Shown: piece after piece, positions 15,153-26,538 of the stretch
Layout of the letters: every line of letters starts with the position of its first letter
Position numbering within the stretch: position 1 is the stretch's first letter
Position numbers and translations under genes: made by a program
Notes under the pieces: model-generated
The model's input: the letters and a program-made list of their open reading frames with translations, nothing else
What the model was told of the DNA's origin: nothing
Databases searched by the model: none
From: Henriciella sp.
Lineage (GTDB): Bacteria > Pseudomonadota > Alphaproteobacteria > Caulobacterales > Hyphomonadaceae
NCBI RefSeq assembly: GCF_029936995.1
Contig: NZ_JAPYRE010000006.1
Span: 1-40,000 of the forward strand
Reading direction: 5' to 3'
Length of the DNA stretch: 40,000 nt

Positions 15153-15695
15153 CTACAGTAACGAGGTCAGAAAGCTGAGTAGAGCATAAAGTACCGACCC
15201 GGCTAAAACTAATAGCCCAGACCAAATCCGGTGTCGTAAATCACCTATAGCCCATTTCCAAAAAGACCGCTTGGATTTAAATTCTGATTTCCGGCCAGAA
15301 ATACGATGTTTTGCTTGTGAACAAGCTCTGTGAAAACGTCCGTCGCCAAACGGCACTATTTCTGACGAGTTGTGGCTGTATCGATTTTTTCTTTGCTCCT
15401 CGTAGTGATGGCTGCACCAATCAGAAAAGACATCAATCGAATTAGATGCCAAGTCAAAGTCCATAAGCCTGATCGGAGTATGATTTGCTTCGTATCGGAG
15501 AAGCTCATCTTCGAGTTCGTCGCCGTATTTCGCTACCGACTCGGCTAGAACTCTTTCGAATTCTAACCAGTACCTAGAGTTGTCTATGAAGCCGCTACTG
15601 ATTGCGTCGGATTTAAGTTCGGTAGTTTTTATGGCCGTCTCCTGCTCAATCGAGTGACGATGAGTATCTAAGTTCGACTCGAAAAAGGTCGTCAT
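15153..15695 (-). CDS. hypothetical protein with C-terminal transmembrane helix
   Basis: 180-aa ORF in AT-richer sequence outside the right TIR. The C-terminus WSGLLVLAGSVLYALLSFLTSLL is a predicted membrane anchor. Confidence 0.5.
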   Translation of the reverse strand: MTTFFESNLDTHRHSIEQETAIKTTELKSDAISSGFIDNSRYWLEFERVLAESVAKYGDELEDELLRYEANHTPIRLMDFDLASNSIDVFSDWCSHHYEEQRKNRYSHNSSEIVPFGDGRFHRACSQAKHRISGRKSEFKSKRSFWKWAIGDLRHRIWSGLLVLAGSVLYALLSFLTSLL

Positions 15696-15743
15696 TACCG
15701 TTGGCTAAGTCCGGCAGGAGTTTGGTGCCTCAAGATATCCGCC

Positions 15744-18194
<2,451 letters not shown>

Positions 18195-18271
18195 TCACAG
18201 TACCCCTCAAATATAGAGGAATCGGGGGCAAAAGGAAAATAACGGGCTGTGTTTTGCGGCGTGTTTTGCGC

Positions 18272-18307
18272 CCCTGTAAAACCTTTATTATACAAGGTTT
18301 TACAGGG
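18272..18307. other. 14-bp perfect inverted repeat (hairpin) between the crotonase stop and the gyrB start
   Basis: CCCTGTAAAACCTT, an 8-nt loop TATTATAC, then AAGGTTTTACAGGG. No flanking U-run on either strand, so this is not a canonical intrinsic terminator. Confidence 0.5.
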
Positions 18308-18337
18308 TATGGCATGCAGCTTTTCCGGGCGGTCTGC

Positions 18338-19150
18338 CTAGTCCTTGAAGACAGGCTTGCGCTTTTCGGCAAATGCGGCGGCGGCTTCGGCGAATTCGGG
18401 CGATTTGAGCTGTTCGGCAAAGACCTTGCCTTCGGCCGCCATACGCGCGGCGACGGCCTCGCGATTGCCCCGGATAAGCTGCTTGGATTTCATGATGGCA
18501 GCCGGTGCCGAGGCGGCGATGCGGGCGGCTGTTTCCTGCGCGGCAGAGAGGAGACCGGCCTTGGCAAGGACGCGCGAGACCAGGCCGCAGGCGAGCGCTT
18601 CCGGCGCGGTCACGATGCGCCCGGCGAGCAGGATCTCGTTCGCCATCGAATTGCCGACCGTCTGCGGTAGCAGGAGCGATGAGGCGGCTTCGGGCACAAG
18701 GCCGAGCTGGGTGAACGGGGCGCGGAAGTCCGCGGTGTCGGCGGCATAGGCGATGTCACAGTGCAGGAGCATGGTCAGGCCGACGCCGATGGCCGGGCCA
18801 TTGACCGCCGCGATCAGGGGTGTCTCGGCATTCATGATGGCTTCGAGGAAGCGTGTGACGGGCGGCTTGCCGGTCTTGCGTTCGTCATCACTCGCAAAGT
18901 CCCCGAGATCATTGCCGGCGGTGAACAGGTCGCCCTCGCCGGTGATGACGATGGCCCGTATGGACCTGTCGTCATTCGCGCCTTCGATTGCGTCGGCCAT
19001 CAGGCCGTACATCTCCTGGGTGAGTGCGTTCTTGCGCTCCGGCCGGTTGATGGTGAGGGTCAGGACGTAATCGGTGAGGTCTGTCTTGATGTGATTGGGC
19101 AAGGTGGTTTTCCTGTTCTGCGCGCAAGCGCTGTTGATGTCAGCCGGCAC
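18338..19150 (-). CDS. enoyl-CoA hydratase/isomerase (crotonase) family protein
   Basis: LTLTINRPERKNALTQEMY ... VITGEGDLFTAGNDL ... AAVNGPAIGVGLTMLLHCDIAYA. The start is uncertain: GTG at 19150, or TTG at 19102 preceded by AGGAAA. Confidence 0.85.
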   Translation of the reverse strand: MPADINSACAQNRKTTLPNHIKTDLTDYVLTLTINRPERKNALTQEMYGLMADAIEGANDDRSIRAIVITGEGDLFTAGNDLGDFASDDERKTGKPPVTRFLEAIMNAETPLIAAVNGPAIGVGLTMLLHCDIAYAADTADFRAPFTQLGLVPEAASSLLLPQTVGNSMANEILLAGRIVTAPEALACGLVSRVLAKAGLLSAAQETAARIAASAPAAIMKSKQLIRGNREAVAARMAAEGKVFAEQLKSPEFAEAAAAFAEKRKPVFKD

Positions 19151-19964
19151 CGTTGAGCGTTGGGCGGCGGCAGAGGATCTCGACCGGCATGATGCGGCCG
19201 GTACGGTACATTTCCATCAGGTTTTCAACCGCCTCACGGCCCGGCCCGGTCGGGCGCATCGGGCCAGCGGGATCAGCAGCGGCGACGCGCTCGAAGAAAG
19301 CGGAAGCGATGTCATCGCGCGGATGGCTGCGCTCTATGGCGAAACCGGCCGCCTCGATATGCTCCTCATAGCGCTCAATTGGGCGCACGCAGCTGATCTC
19401 CTGACGCCCGGCCCAGGGCAGGGGGAAGGTGAGCGGTGTGTCTGCGTCCTCGCCGCGCATGATGTCATAGACAAGGAAGCGCGCACCGGGCTTCAGCACA
19501 CGGAAGACTTCAGCGAAGAGTTCGCGTTTCTGCTCGATGTTCATGCAGACATGAAACATCCAGGCGGCATCGAAGTGCTGGTCATCGAACGGCATGTCGA
19601 GCGCGCTTTCCCGGTGCAGGGTGATGTACCGGGTGAGGCCCAGCCAGGAATTGATTGTCTTGCCAGTCTCGATGAAGCTGCCGGTGAGGTCGACGCCCTC
19701 GACATGACAGCCATAGGTGTGGGCGGCATAGCGTGACACCCCGCCTGTGGCGCAGCCGACATCGAGGCAGCGCCAGCCCTCCTCCAGCCCGAGTGCGGGC
19801 ATCAGCTTCGCCGTCGCGCTGCGCCCGCCAATGTGAAACTCGTCATGCGGGGCAAGGTCTTCCAGCGTCGCAGTGTCGGGGCTCTTGCCGGCTTCGCCGA
19901 GCGCTTTCTCGATACGTGCCAGCAGGTCCGGCCGGTTATAATGATCGCTGACCGCACCTGTCAT
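19140..19964 (-). CDS. class I SAM-dependent methyltransferase
   Basis: Motif I is CLDVGCATGGVSRY, and the post-I/II pattern is VEGVDLT ... FDAAWMFHV ... LKPGARFLVYD. Confidence 0.8.
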   Translation of the reverse strand: MTGAVSDHYNRPDLLARIEKALGEAGKSPDTATLEDLAPHDEFHIGGRSATAKLMPALGLEEGWRCLDVGCATGGVSRYAAHTYGCHVEGVDLTGSFIETGKTINSWLGLTRYITLHRESALDMPFDDQHFDAAWMFHVCMNIEQKRELFAEVFRVLKPGARFLVYDIMRGEDADTPLTFPLPWAGRQEISCVRPIERYEEHIEAAGFAIERSHPRDDIASAFFERVAAADPAGPMRPTGPGREAVENLMEMYRTGRIMPVEILCRRPTLNGAG

Positions 19965-20017
19965 GACGGTTTACCCCTTGGCTCCCGCGCCGGGCCCATC
20001 CGGGCGCGAAAAAAGAC

Positions 20018-21247
20018 TTAGACGTCTACATGCAGGGTCTCAAGGCCCCGGAAGAAGGGCAGGGTGCGCCATACAAGCGGAACGTCTGAAAGCGCCATGT
20101 CTGGATAGCGCTCGAACAGTCTGAGATAGACCCGCCGGGCCTCGATCCGGGCCAGGGGCGCGCCGATGCAGATATGCGGTCCACCGCCGAAGGCGACGTG
20201 CGAGGGGCGCTTCACAGTGATGTCGAACGTATCGGCCTCATCGAAGACGGCTTCGTCGCGATTGGCCCCGGCAAGCGAGCAGAAAACAGTCTGACGGGCC
20301 TTCATCGGGCAGCCGCCGACTTCGCGGTCCTCAGGCACGATACGGGAAGTGGCCGAGACCGGCGCCTCATAGCGCAGCACTTCCTCGACCGCCTGCCCGG
20401 CAAGGTCCGGATCGGCCTTGAGGGCGGCGAGTTGACCGGGATGGGTGAGAAACAGCCAGACGCCATTGCCGATAAGGTCCGTCGTGGTGAGGTTGCCGCC
20501 AATGAGCAATGCCTGGAGGTTGCGGCGCAGCTCCTCGTCATCGAGATCGGCTTCGCCCGAGGCCTGGAGGGTTACCATGTCGCTGATGAGATCGTCCTGC
20601 GGGACCTGCCGGCGGGCTTCCATCAGCTCGCGGAAATAGCCGTTCAGCGCGTCGGACGAGGCGCGCATGTGCGCGGTCTCTTCTTCCGTGCGGAGCGGAT
20701 TGAGCGACAGGATCGCTCCTTCGGACCAGTCACGGAAATCCGACAGGCGGTTTTCATCGACCCCGAGGATACGGGCGATGACGAGAACCGGGATCGGCAC
20801 GGCGATTTCCGCCATCAGGTCGAATGATCCCCTGGCGGGCGCGTCGGCGATGATGCCGTCAATGATCGCCTCGATCTGGGGCTTCATCTTCTGGATACGG
20901 GCATAGAAGGCCCTGGCCAGTGGCAGGCGGATACGCGAATGGTCCGGATCGTCCAGAAACAGGATGGATGGCTCGTCGATCCGGCCATCATCATCCACGA
21001 AGCGATGCGCGAGCGAACCGGGTTCGGCCTTGGCGGGATAGCGCACGAAACTGCGGTCGTTCACTGTCTCTCGGATGTCGCTGTAGCGGGTGAGAAACCA
21101 TGTCTGGGCCTGCTCATCGCGCATGACGGGACAGCGCTGCCGTAGGGCCTTCAGCGGGGTGTGCGGATCCTCGCGGCCTGCCGGGTCATAGGCGGAGGTC
21201 TGGAATATGCTTTGCGGCACGGATGACATTTTCTGGTCGTCAGCCAT
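20018..21247 (-). CDS. cytochrome P450
   Basis: Heme-binding loop FGGGPHICIGAPLAR, the ExxR motif EEVLRYEAP, and the I-helix-like LLIGGNLTTTDLI. The RBS GGGAGGA is upstream of the ATG at 21247. Confidence 0.92.
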   Translation of the reverse strand: MADDQKMSSVPQSIFQTSAYDPAGREDPHTPLKALRQRCPVMRDEQAQTWFLTRYSDIRETVNDRSFVRYPAKAEPGSLAHRFVDDDGRIDEPSILFLDDPDHSRIRLPLARAFYARIQKMKPQIEAIIDGIIADAPARGSFDLMAEIAVPIPVLVIARILGVDENRLSDFRDWSEGAILSLNPLRTEEETAHMRASSDALNGYFRELMEARRQVPQDDLISDMVTLQASGEADLDDEELRRNLQALLIGGNLTTTDLIGNGVWLFLTHPGQLAALKADPDLAGQAVEEVLRYEAPVSATSRIVPEDREVGGCPMKARQTVFCSLAGANRDEAVFDEADTFDITVKRPSHVAFGGGPHICIGAPLARIEARRVYLRLFERYPDMALSDVPLVWRTLPFFRGLETLHVDV

Positions 21248-21371
21248 CTGATCCTCCCATGTGATTTTTCCATGAGTATAGCGCAGATGGGCGTTTCATG
21301 CGCGGGTCCCCCGGCGTCATGCAGGAGGGTGAGGCGTACAACCTCTCTCCGGTGATGCCACGGATGCAGGT

Positions 21372-22481
21372 CTATCCAGCTATGGCTTCGCCGTCCCGGA
21401 TATCGAAACGCTGGGCGCGGTCGCCGAACGCCTCGAAAAGAAAGCTCTCCGTGCCGGTGAGCCAGGCCTGTCCCCCGAGGGCTGTGAGTTCGTCAAACAG
21501 GGCGGCGCGCCGGTCTGCGTCGAGATGGGCGGCGGCTTCGTCAAGCAGCAGGATGGGGGACGGACCGTCGCCGTTTTCTGCCAGTGCCGCGGCTGAGGCG
21601 AGGATGAGCCCGATCAGGAGGGCTTTCTGCTGGCCGGTCGAGGCGTCGGCGGCGGGCATGCCGGTCGGGCGGTGGATGACGGCAAGGTCTGTGCGGTGCG
21701 GGCCGGTGAGCGTGCGCCCGGCGGCCATGTCGCGGCGCCGGCCTGTGCGATAGGTTTCGCTGAGACGTTCGAAGATGGTCTTGAAGTCATCGCCCGCAGC
21801 TGCTGCGGCTTCTGCCTCGCCTTGGAGGGAGAGGTCACCTTTCGGGAAATAGCCCTCCGGGCGGGCATTGACGGCGGCCTGAAGGCTGTCGAGCACGGTG
21901 GCGCGATTGATGGCGATTTCAGTCCCGGCTTCGGCCATGCGTGTCTCGATGGCGTCGGCCCAGGCCGGGTCGACATGGCCGCGCTCGAGCAGCGCGTTGC
22001 GCTCGCGCATGGCCCGCTCATAGCGCGCCGCCGCTGTGCCGTGGGCCGGGATATGCGCCATGACCTGCCGGTCGAAAAAGCGCCTGCGGTCCGACGCGCC
22101 GCCCCTGAAGACACCGTCCATCGCGGGCGTCAGCCAGACAATGCGGACCAGTTCGGCAAGGTCGGACGCCTGCGAGGGCGCACCGTCGATGCGGACCACG
22201 CGCTTGGAGGTGGTGCCGTCAGTTTCCAGCCCGACGCCGATGCGGCGGTCATCTATCGTGGCGCCGACGGTCCAGCCGGTCCCTGCGCCGTGACGGGTGA
22301 GGTCGGCGAGGGTGGCGCTGCGCAGGCCGCGTCCGGGACCGAGCTGGGAGACGGCTTCCAGCAGGTTGGTCTTGCCCGCGCCATTGGGCCCGTACAGGCA
22401 GACATGCCGACCATCGAGATCGAGGCCGAGCGTCTCGTAATTGCGGAAGTCTTTCAGGCGCAGGCGGGTGAGGGCGGTCAT
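21372..22481 (-). CDS. recF: DNA replication and repair protein RecF
   Basis: LRLKDFRNYE...LYGPNGAGKTNLLEAV (Walker A), the SMC-like signature STGQQKALLIGL, and Walker B ILLLDEAAAHLD. The start is at 22481 (MTALTRL) or 22496. Confidence 0.93.
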   Translation of the reverse strand: MTALTRLRLKDFRNYETLGLDLDGRHVCLYGPNGAGKTNLLEAVSQLGPGRGLRSATLADLTRHGAGTGWTVGATIDDRRIGVGLETDGTTSKRVVRIDGAPSQASDLAELVRIVWLTPAMDGVFRGGASDRRRFFDRQVMAHIPAHGTAAARYERAMRERNALLERGHVDPAWADAIETRMAEAGTEIAINRATVLDSLQAAVNARPEGYFPKGDLSLQGEAEAAAAAGDDFKTIFERLSETYRTGRRRDMAAGRTLTGPHRTDLAVIHRPTGMPAADASTGQQKALLIGLILASAAALAENGDGPSPILLLDEAAAHLDADRRAALFDELTALGGQAWLTGTESFLFEAFGDRAQRFDIRDGEAIAG

Positions 22482-22514
22482 TGGCTTACGCCTCATCCTG
22501 ATGAAAGGGACGGA

Positions 22515-22913
22515 CTAGTTCTCCTCCACGGGCAGGCCGTGGCCTCCAACGGGCTGTGTTGTCGCGATGTTTTCCATCCCGGCAATGAGTGGCCGTCCCT
22601 TCTGGATCGCGGCCTGTACGGCAGGGAGCGAGAGGCTGGCCTTGTGGCTGGCCTCGTCCTGCCAGACCTCGGTTACCCAGATCGTGACATCGTCACCCGG
22701 ATCCCTGGCGACGACATAGCTCAGACATCCCGGCATATCTTGCATGCCTGCAATCAGGATGGCGATCAGATCGTCCCTGCCGCCTTCGACCGCCGTCATT
22801 TTTCCGATGAGACCATGCATGTCTGTTCCTCCTTGCTGCGCCCTGGCCGCAAATGTGGAGAAGGCTCCGAGAGCTGCCGTACCTGCGACGAAAATTCTCC
22901 GGTTCGGTTTCAT
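22515..22913 (-). CDS. ABM (antibiotic biosynthesis monooxygenase-like) domain protein with Tat/Sec-type signal peptide
   Basis: The start MKPNRRIFVAGTAALGAFSTFAARAQ is at 22913 and overlaps the dnaN stop (ATGA). The mature part, GLIGKMTAVEGGRDDLIAIL...VTEVWQDEASHKASL, is ABM-like. The upstream extension of the track ORF runs through dnaN and is rejected. Confidence 0.6.
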   Translation of the reverse strand: MKPNRRIFVAGTAALGAFSTFAARAQQGGTDMHGLIGKMTAVEGGRDDLIAILIAGMQDMPGCLSYVVARDPGDDVTIWVTEVWQDEASHKASLSLPAVQAAIQKGRPLIAGMENIATTQPVGGHGLPVEEN

Positions 22914-24037
22914 CAAACCCGAAGCGGCATCAGCACATAGCGGGCACCTGCATCGCCCGGATCGAGGATGAGGGCGGGCGAAGCCGGATCGTTCAGCATG
23001 AACTCGGCGTCTTCGGCCTCGATCTGGGCAGTGACGTCGAGCAGGTACTTGGCGTTGAAGCCGATCTCCATCTCGTCGTCGCCATAGTCGCACTCGATCT
23101 CTTCATGGCCGTGGCCGGTCTCTGCGGAATTGACCGCGAGGATGACCCTGCCTTCGCTGATCGAGAGCTTCACCGAACGCGAACGTTCCGCCGAGACGGT
23201 GGAGACGCGGTCGACGGCGGCCTCGAAGGACTTGTTGTCGATGATGAGGCGCTTCTCGTTGCCCTTCGGGATGACGCGGGCATAGTCCGGGAATGAGCCG
23301 TCGATCAGCTTCGAGGTAAGCACGGCGCGCCCTGCGCGGAACACGATCTTGGTCTCGGAGACGCCGATGGAGACATCGCCGTCGACCTGGTCGATCAGGC
23401 GGCGGACCTCGCCGATAGCCTTGCGTGGGACGATGACGCCTTCGAGGCCGTCAGAGCCGCTTGGGGCTTCGGTATCGGCCAGGGCCAGGCGGTGGCCGTC
23501 TGTCGCGACCGCGCGCAGGACTTTCTGGCCACCATCTCCGTCACCGACATGCAGGTAGACACCGTTCAGATAGTAACGGGTTTCCTCGGTCGAGATGGCA
23601 AAACGGGTCTTGTCGATCAGGCGGCGCAGATCGGCGGCGGCGACATCGAACTGGATGGCGGAATCGTCGCCCGTCATCGTCTGGAAATCGGTGGACGGCA
23701 GCGTCGGCAGGGCGAACTGCGAGCGGCCTGAACGGATCGAGAGGCGCCGGTTTTCCGGGTTGAGCTCAAGCTCGACATCAGAGCCTGATGGCAGCTTGCG
23801 AACGACGTCGAACAGGGTGCCGGCCGGTGCGGTGATCGCGCCCTCGGTGGCAATCGTGGCGTCCGCGCTGTCGACCGCCTCGATGTCGAGGTCGGTGGCG
23901 ACGAAGGTCACTTCACTGCCTTTCGCCTCCATAAGCACGTTGGAGAGGATCGGAATCGTGTTGCGCCGCTCGACGACGTTCTGCACGTGCGACAGGGCGT
24001 TGAGGAGGTCACTTCTCTCGATCGTCAGCTTCATCAA
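22913..24037 (-). CDS. dnaN: DNA polymerase III subunit beta (sliding clamp)
   Basis: 374 aa: MKLTIERSDLLNALSHVQNVVERRNTIPILSNVLMEA ... ATDGHRLA ... YVLMPLRV. Confidence 0.97.
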   Translation of the reverse strand: MMKLTIERSDLLNALSHVQNVVERRNTIPILSNVLMEAKGSEVTFVATDLDIEAVDSADATIATEGAITAPAGTLFDVVRKLPSGSDVELELNPENRRLSIRSGRSQFALPTLPSTDFQTMTGDDSAIQFDVAAADLRRLIDKTRFAISTEETRYYLNGVYLHVGDGDGGQKVLRAVATDGHRLALADTEAPSGSDGLEGVIVPRKAIGEVRRLIDQVDGDVSIGVSETKIVFRAGRAVLTSKLIDGSFPDYARVIPKGNEKRLIIDNKSFEAAVDRVSTVSAERSRSVKLSISEGRVILAVNSAETGHGHEEIECDYGDDEMEIGFNAKYLLDVTAQIEAEDAEFMLNDPASPALILDPGDAGARYVLMPLRV

Positions 24038-24212
24038 TCAGCCTATTTTTTGAGGCGCGTGTTCGCGGCGCTCACCTTCCTGCGTTTAACCTATCTCCGG
24101 CCCGCAGATGCGAATCGGCCCGCTCCCTTGAAGAAGCGGGCCGGATACCCTTGTCAAAATCAGCCAAAATGCAAGCCCCCGAGCGCTTCCCGAAGGCGAG
24201 AATCTTTACGAT

Positions 24213-25685
24213 TCATGCGTTTCCTTCGGCCTGGATCTCGAACACGAGCTCACGCACGCGTTCAACGTCGCGGATCATGTCCGGATCGGCCTGCATGCCA
24301 TCCTTAACCTTGCGCCATGCATGTAGCACGGTCGTATGGTCCTTCTTGGAGAAGGCACGCGCGATCTGCGGGTAGGACTTGTCGGTCATTTCCCGACAGA
24401 GATACATCGCGATCTGGCGTGGATGGCAGATCGAGCGGGACTTGCTGGCGCTCTCGATCTCGGTCTTGGTCAGGCCGAAGACGCGCATCGTGGCGCGCTT
24501 GATATTGTCGAGCGACGGGGCCTGGTATTCGCCCTGCTGACGCCGCAGCACCGTGACCAGCATGTCCATGTCCGGCTCGACTTCGCCATAGCCGGTCTCG
24601 GTCTGGAGGCTCCAGAGGACACCGCACAGTTCCCGGCCGGGGCCGCGCACGGCGGTGACGACCTTCTCGATCATCTCTTCCGAGAGCTCGAAGTTGGGCT
24701 GGTCTTCCCGGATCATCGCAGCGTGAAGACGTACGATCTCGCGGCGCATTTCCTGGTCGGGCAGGCCGACTTCGCTTGCCGCAGCGCCCATGATCTCGCC
24801 GCGCATACGCTGCGAGAAACCTTTCAGGTCACCCGGGGCTTCATCGGCAGTGAGGACAACGCGGCCGCCTTCCTTGGTGACGGAGCGGATCGTGGCAAAG
24901 AAGGCGTCATCGGTCTTCTGCTTGCCGGCAATCCACTGCAGGTCGTCAATCAGGAGGAGGTCATTGTTGCGCACCCAGGTCTTGAGGTTGCGCGTATCGC
25001 GCGCCATCGCGCCATCGATGTAAGCCGTGACGAATTCTTCCGCGGTCATGTAGGTGACCCGGCGGCCGTCATCGAGGTGCACGATAGCGTTCTCAATTGC
25101 ACGCAAAATATGGGTCTTGCCGGTGCCCTGGCGGCCATAGATGAGCGAGACATTCGCGCCGCGCTTGCCACCCTCGGCGATTTCCTGGGCGAGCCGGACA
25201 GCGCGCTTGTTGGTGTCGCCTGTGACCAGGTTGGAGAAGGTCATGCCTGGCACGGCGGTAGCGGCCTTCGTTTCTGCCGGCGCGGGCGGGGCGGCGGGGC
25301 GGCGCTGCGTCTCACCGGCCCAGGGGTTCTGGACCAGGTCGCGTGTGCTGGCGGGAATGTCCTTCCAGCATGCGATCTTCAGGGCGCGGCCTTTCGGATC
25401 GGACTTTCGCCAGATGCGTTTGAGCAGGGGTCTGTGATTGCTGTTGATGCGGTCGAAGGAGAGCTGGTCGCGTGCAGCAACCAGGACGACATCATCAACT
25501 TCCGCGACAAAGCGAAGGTCCGATATCCATTTATCGAAATCCTCAGCCGGTATGCGGACACGCGTATCGTGAAGTACGGTTTTCCAGATCTCACGTCCGC
25601 GGTGTATGTCGCTCCCCTCCTGGACAGTGCTTGTGTCCATGACTTTGTTTTCATCCCAACGGCCAGATTCTTCTTGGCGCCCCAT
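24213..25685 (-). CDS. dnaA: chromosomal replication initiator protein DnaA
   Basis: AAA+ Walker A YGRQGTGKTHIL, Walker B LLLIDDLQ, and the C-terminal DNA-binding helix SRSICHPRQIAMYLCREMTDKSYPQIARAFSKKDHTTVLHAWRKV. The start is uncertain: 25685 (MGRQEE, RBS GGGGAAG), 25640 (MDTST), or the longest form at 25745. Confidence 0.95.
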   Translation of the reverse strand: MGRQEESGRWDENKVMDTSTVQEGSDIHRGREIWKTVLHDTRVRIPAEDFDKWISDLRFVAEVDDVVLVAARDQLSFDRINSNHRPLLKRIWRKSDPKGRALKIACWKDIPASTRDLVQNPWAGETQRRPAAPPAPAETKAATAVPGMTFSNLVTGDTNKRAVRLAQEIAEGGKRGANVSLIYGRQGTGKTHILRAIENAIVHLDDGRRVTYMTAEEFVTAYIDGAMARDTRNLKTWVRNNDLLLIDDLQWIAGKQKTDDAFFATIRSVTKEGGRVVLTADEAPGDLKGFSQRMRGEIMGAAASEVGLPDQEMRREIVRLHAAMIREDQPNFELSEEMIEKVVTAVRGPGRELCGVLWSLQTETGYGEVEPDMDMLVTVLRRQQGEYQAPSLDNIKRATMRVFGLTKTEIESASKSRSICHPRQIAMYLCREMTDKSYPQIARAFSKKDHTTVLHAWRKVKDGMQADPDMIRDVERVRELVFEIQAEGNA

Positions 25686-25745
25686 AGGAACTTCCCCTTT
25701 CCTGTGTTTTCGGTTCCAAACTCCACTGCCGATCAGACACACCAT

Positions 25746-26083
25746 CCCTGTTCGGATCCCGCAGATCCGTTACCAAAAAATACGCGGCACAGAGATTATT
25801 TTCCGTCGATGGAAAATACTAAAACATAGCCTTTCTGAGCCTGTCTAGCTGCGTTTTTCGGGAAGCAGATGAGAAAGCGGCTTGAAACTCCTGTGACAGG
25901 AGAAAAACGCTTTTGATTCAGCGCGAAAAAATTTTAACAAAAGCTGAAAATTTTGACTCGCGAAGAATCAAAGACGTATTTGTTCAGGCAATGTTCTGTC
26001 AACTTTCAGGGGGTCAAAAGCCTGTGAAAATCGGCATTTTTTTGCGCGAGTTTTGGCCTTCTGTTGCAGTTACAAGGACATAG
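25746..26083. promoter_or_regulatory. AT-rich dnaA upstream/leader region with three GANTC sites
   Basis: The region is much more AT-rich than its surroundings. GATTC (25915..25919), GACTC (25955..25959) and GAATC (25965..25969) cluster within 55 bp. Repeated AAAATTTTRAC motifs occur at about 25927..25957. Confidence 0.4.
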
Positions 26084-26112
26084 AAAAAGCCCGCATAGCG
26101 AACCATGCGGGC
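26084..26112 (-). terminator. rho-independent terminator of rpsT
   Basis: On the minus strand, GCCCGCAT, an 8-nt loop, ATGCGGGC and then TTTTT, about 40 nt downstream of the rpsT stop. Confidence 0.65.
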
Positions 26113-26153
26113 CTTGCATTATTGCAGATTTGTAACCGTGTCCGGTCTGGCCT

Positions 26154-26417
26154 CTAGCCCATCGCCTTGATGCGCGAAGAGAGGCGCGAAATCTTCCGTG
26201 CAGAGGTGTTCTTGTGCAGGACACCCTTCTGCGACGCGCGCATGATCTCCGGCTGGGCCTGCTTGAAGGCCTCGGCTGCGGCTTTCTGGTCGCCTGATGC
26301 GATCGCTTCCTCAACCTTGCGGATGAAGCGGCGCATGCGCGAACGGCGCGCGGTGTTGACTTCCGTGCGGCGCGCAATCTTGCGCACCATTTTCTTGGCT
26401 GAGCGTGTATTCGCCAT
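26154..26417 (-). CDS. rpsT: 30S ribosomal protein S20
   Basis: ATG at 26417 is preceded by AGGAG. The sequence [39 protein letters not shown]... (87 aa) is a typical S20. Confidence 0.95.
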   Translation of the reverse strand: MANTRSAKKMVRKIARRTEVNTARRSRMRRFIRKVEEAIASGDQKAAAEAFKQAQPEIMRASQKGVLHKNTSARKISRLSSRIKAMG

Positions 26418-26538
26418 CAATAACTCCTGAGTGTCCGGTCGGACGCAAGCGGCGGACATACCCAAACGCCCGTGCGGCGTCAACCGGAAGCAGCGGCGCC
26501 ATATGTAGAAAGCGCCGCCATGTTTGTCCTGAACCGTC

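Noticed and set aside
19965-20017. GC-rich imperfect hairpin with an adjacent A-run as a terminator for the P450 gene
   Set aside because: On the transcribed (minus) strand the T-run precedes rather than follows the stem, and the stem has an internal mismatch. This is not a convincing intrinsic terminator.
22515-23093. The full 192-aa form of the ORF downstream of dnaN
   Set aside because: The first 60 codons overlap the dnaN coding region and are Arg-rich noise. An ATG at 22913 with a signal-peptide-like sequence overlaps the dnaN stop (ATGA), so it is taken as the real start.
24336-25829. 497-aa plus-strand ORF antisense to dnaA. Similar long antisense ORFs occur at 32807..34165 (mutS), 36880..38100 (ampG), 21672..22940 (recF/ABM), 17280..18242 (gyrB) and 38890..39780 (kinase).
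   Set aside because: All overlap confidently identified genes on the other strand and have biased, motif-free sequences.
25746-26153. Calling this intergenic region oriC
   Set aside because: I could not find convincing clusters of TTATCCACA-like DnaA boxes; the best matches are 6/9. In many alphaproteobacteria the origin lies near hemE rather than dnaA. Only a regulatory-region call is kept.
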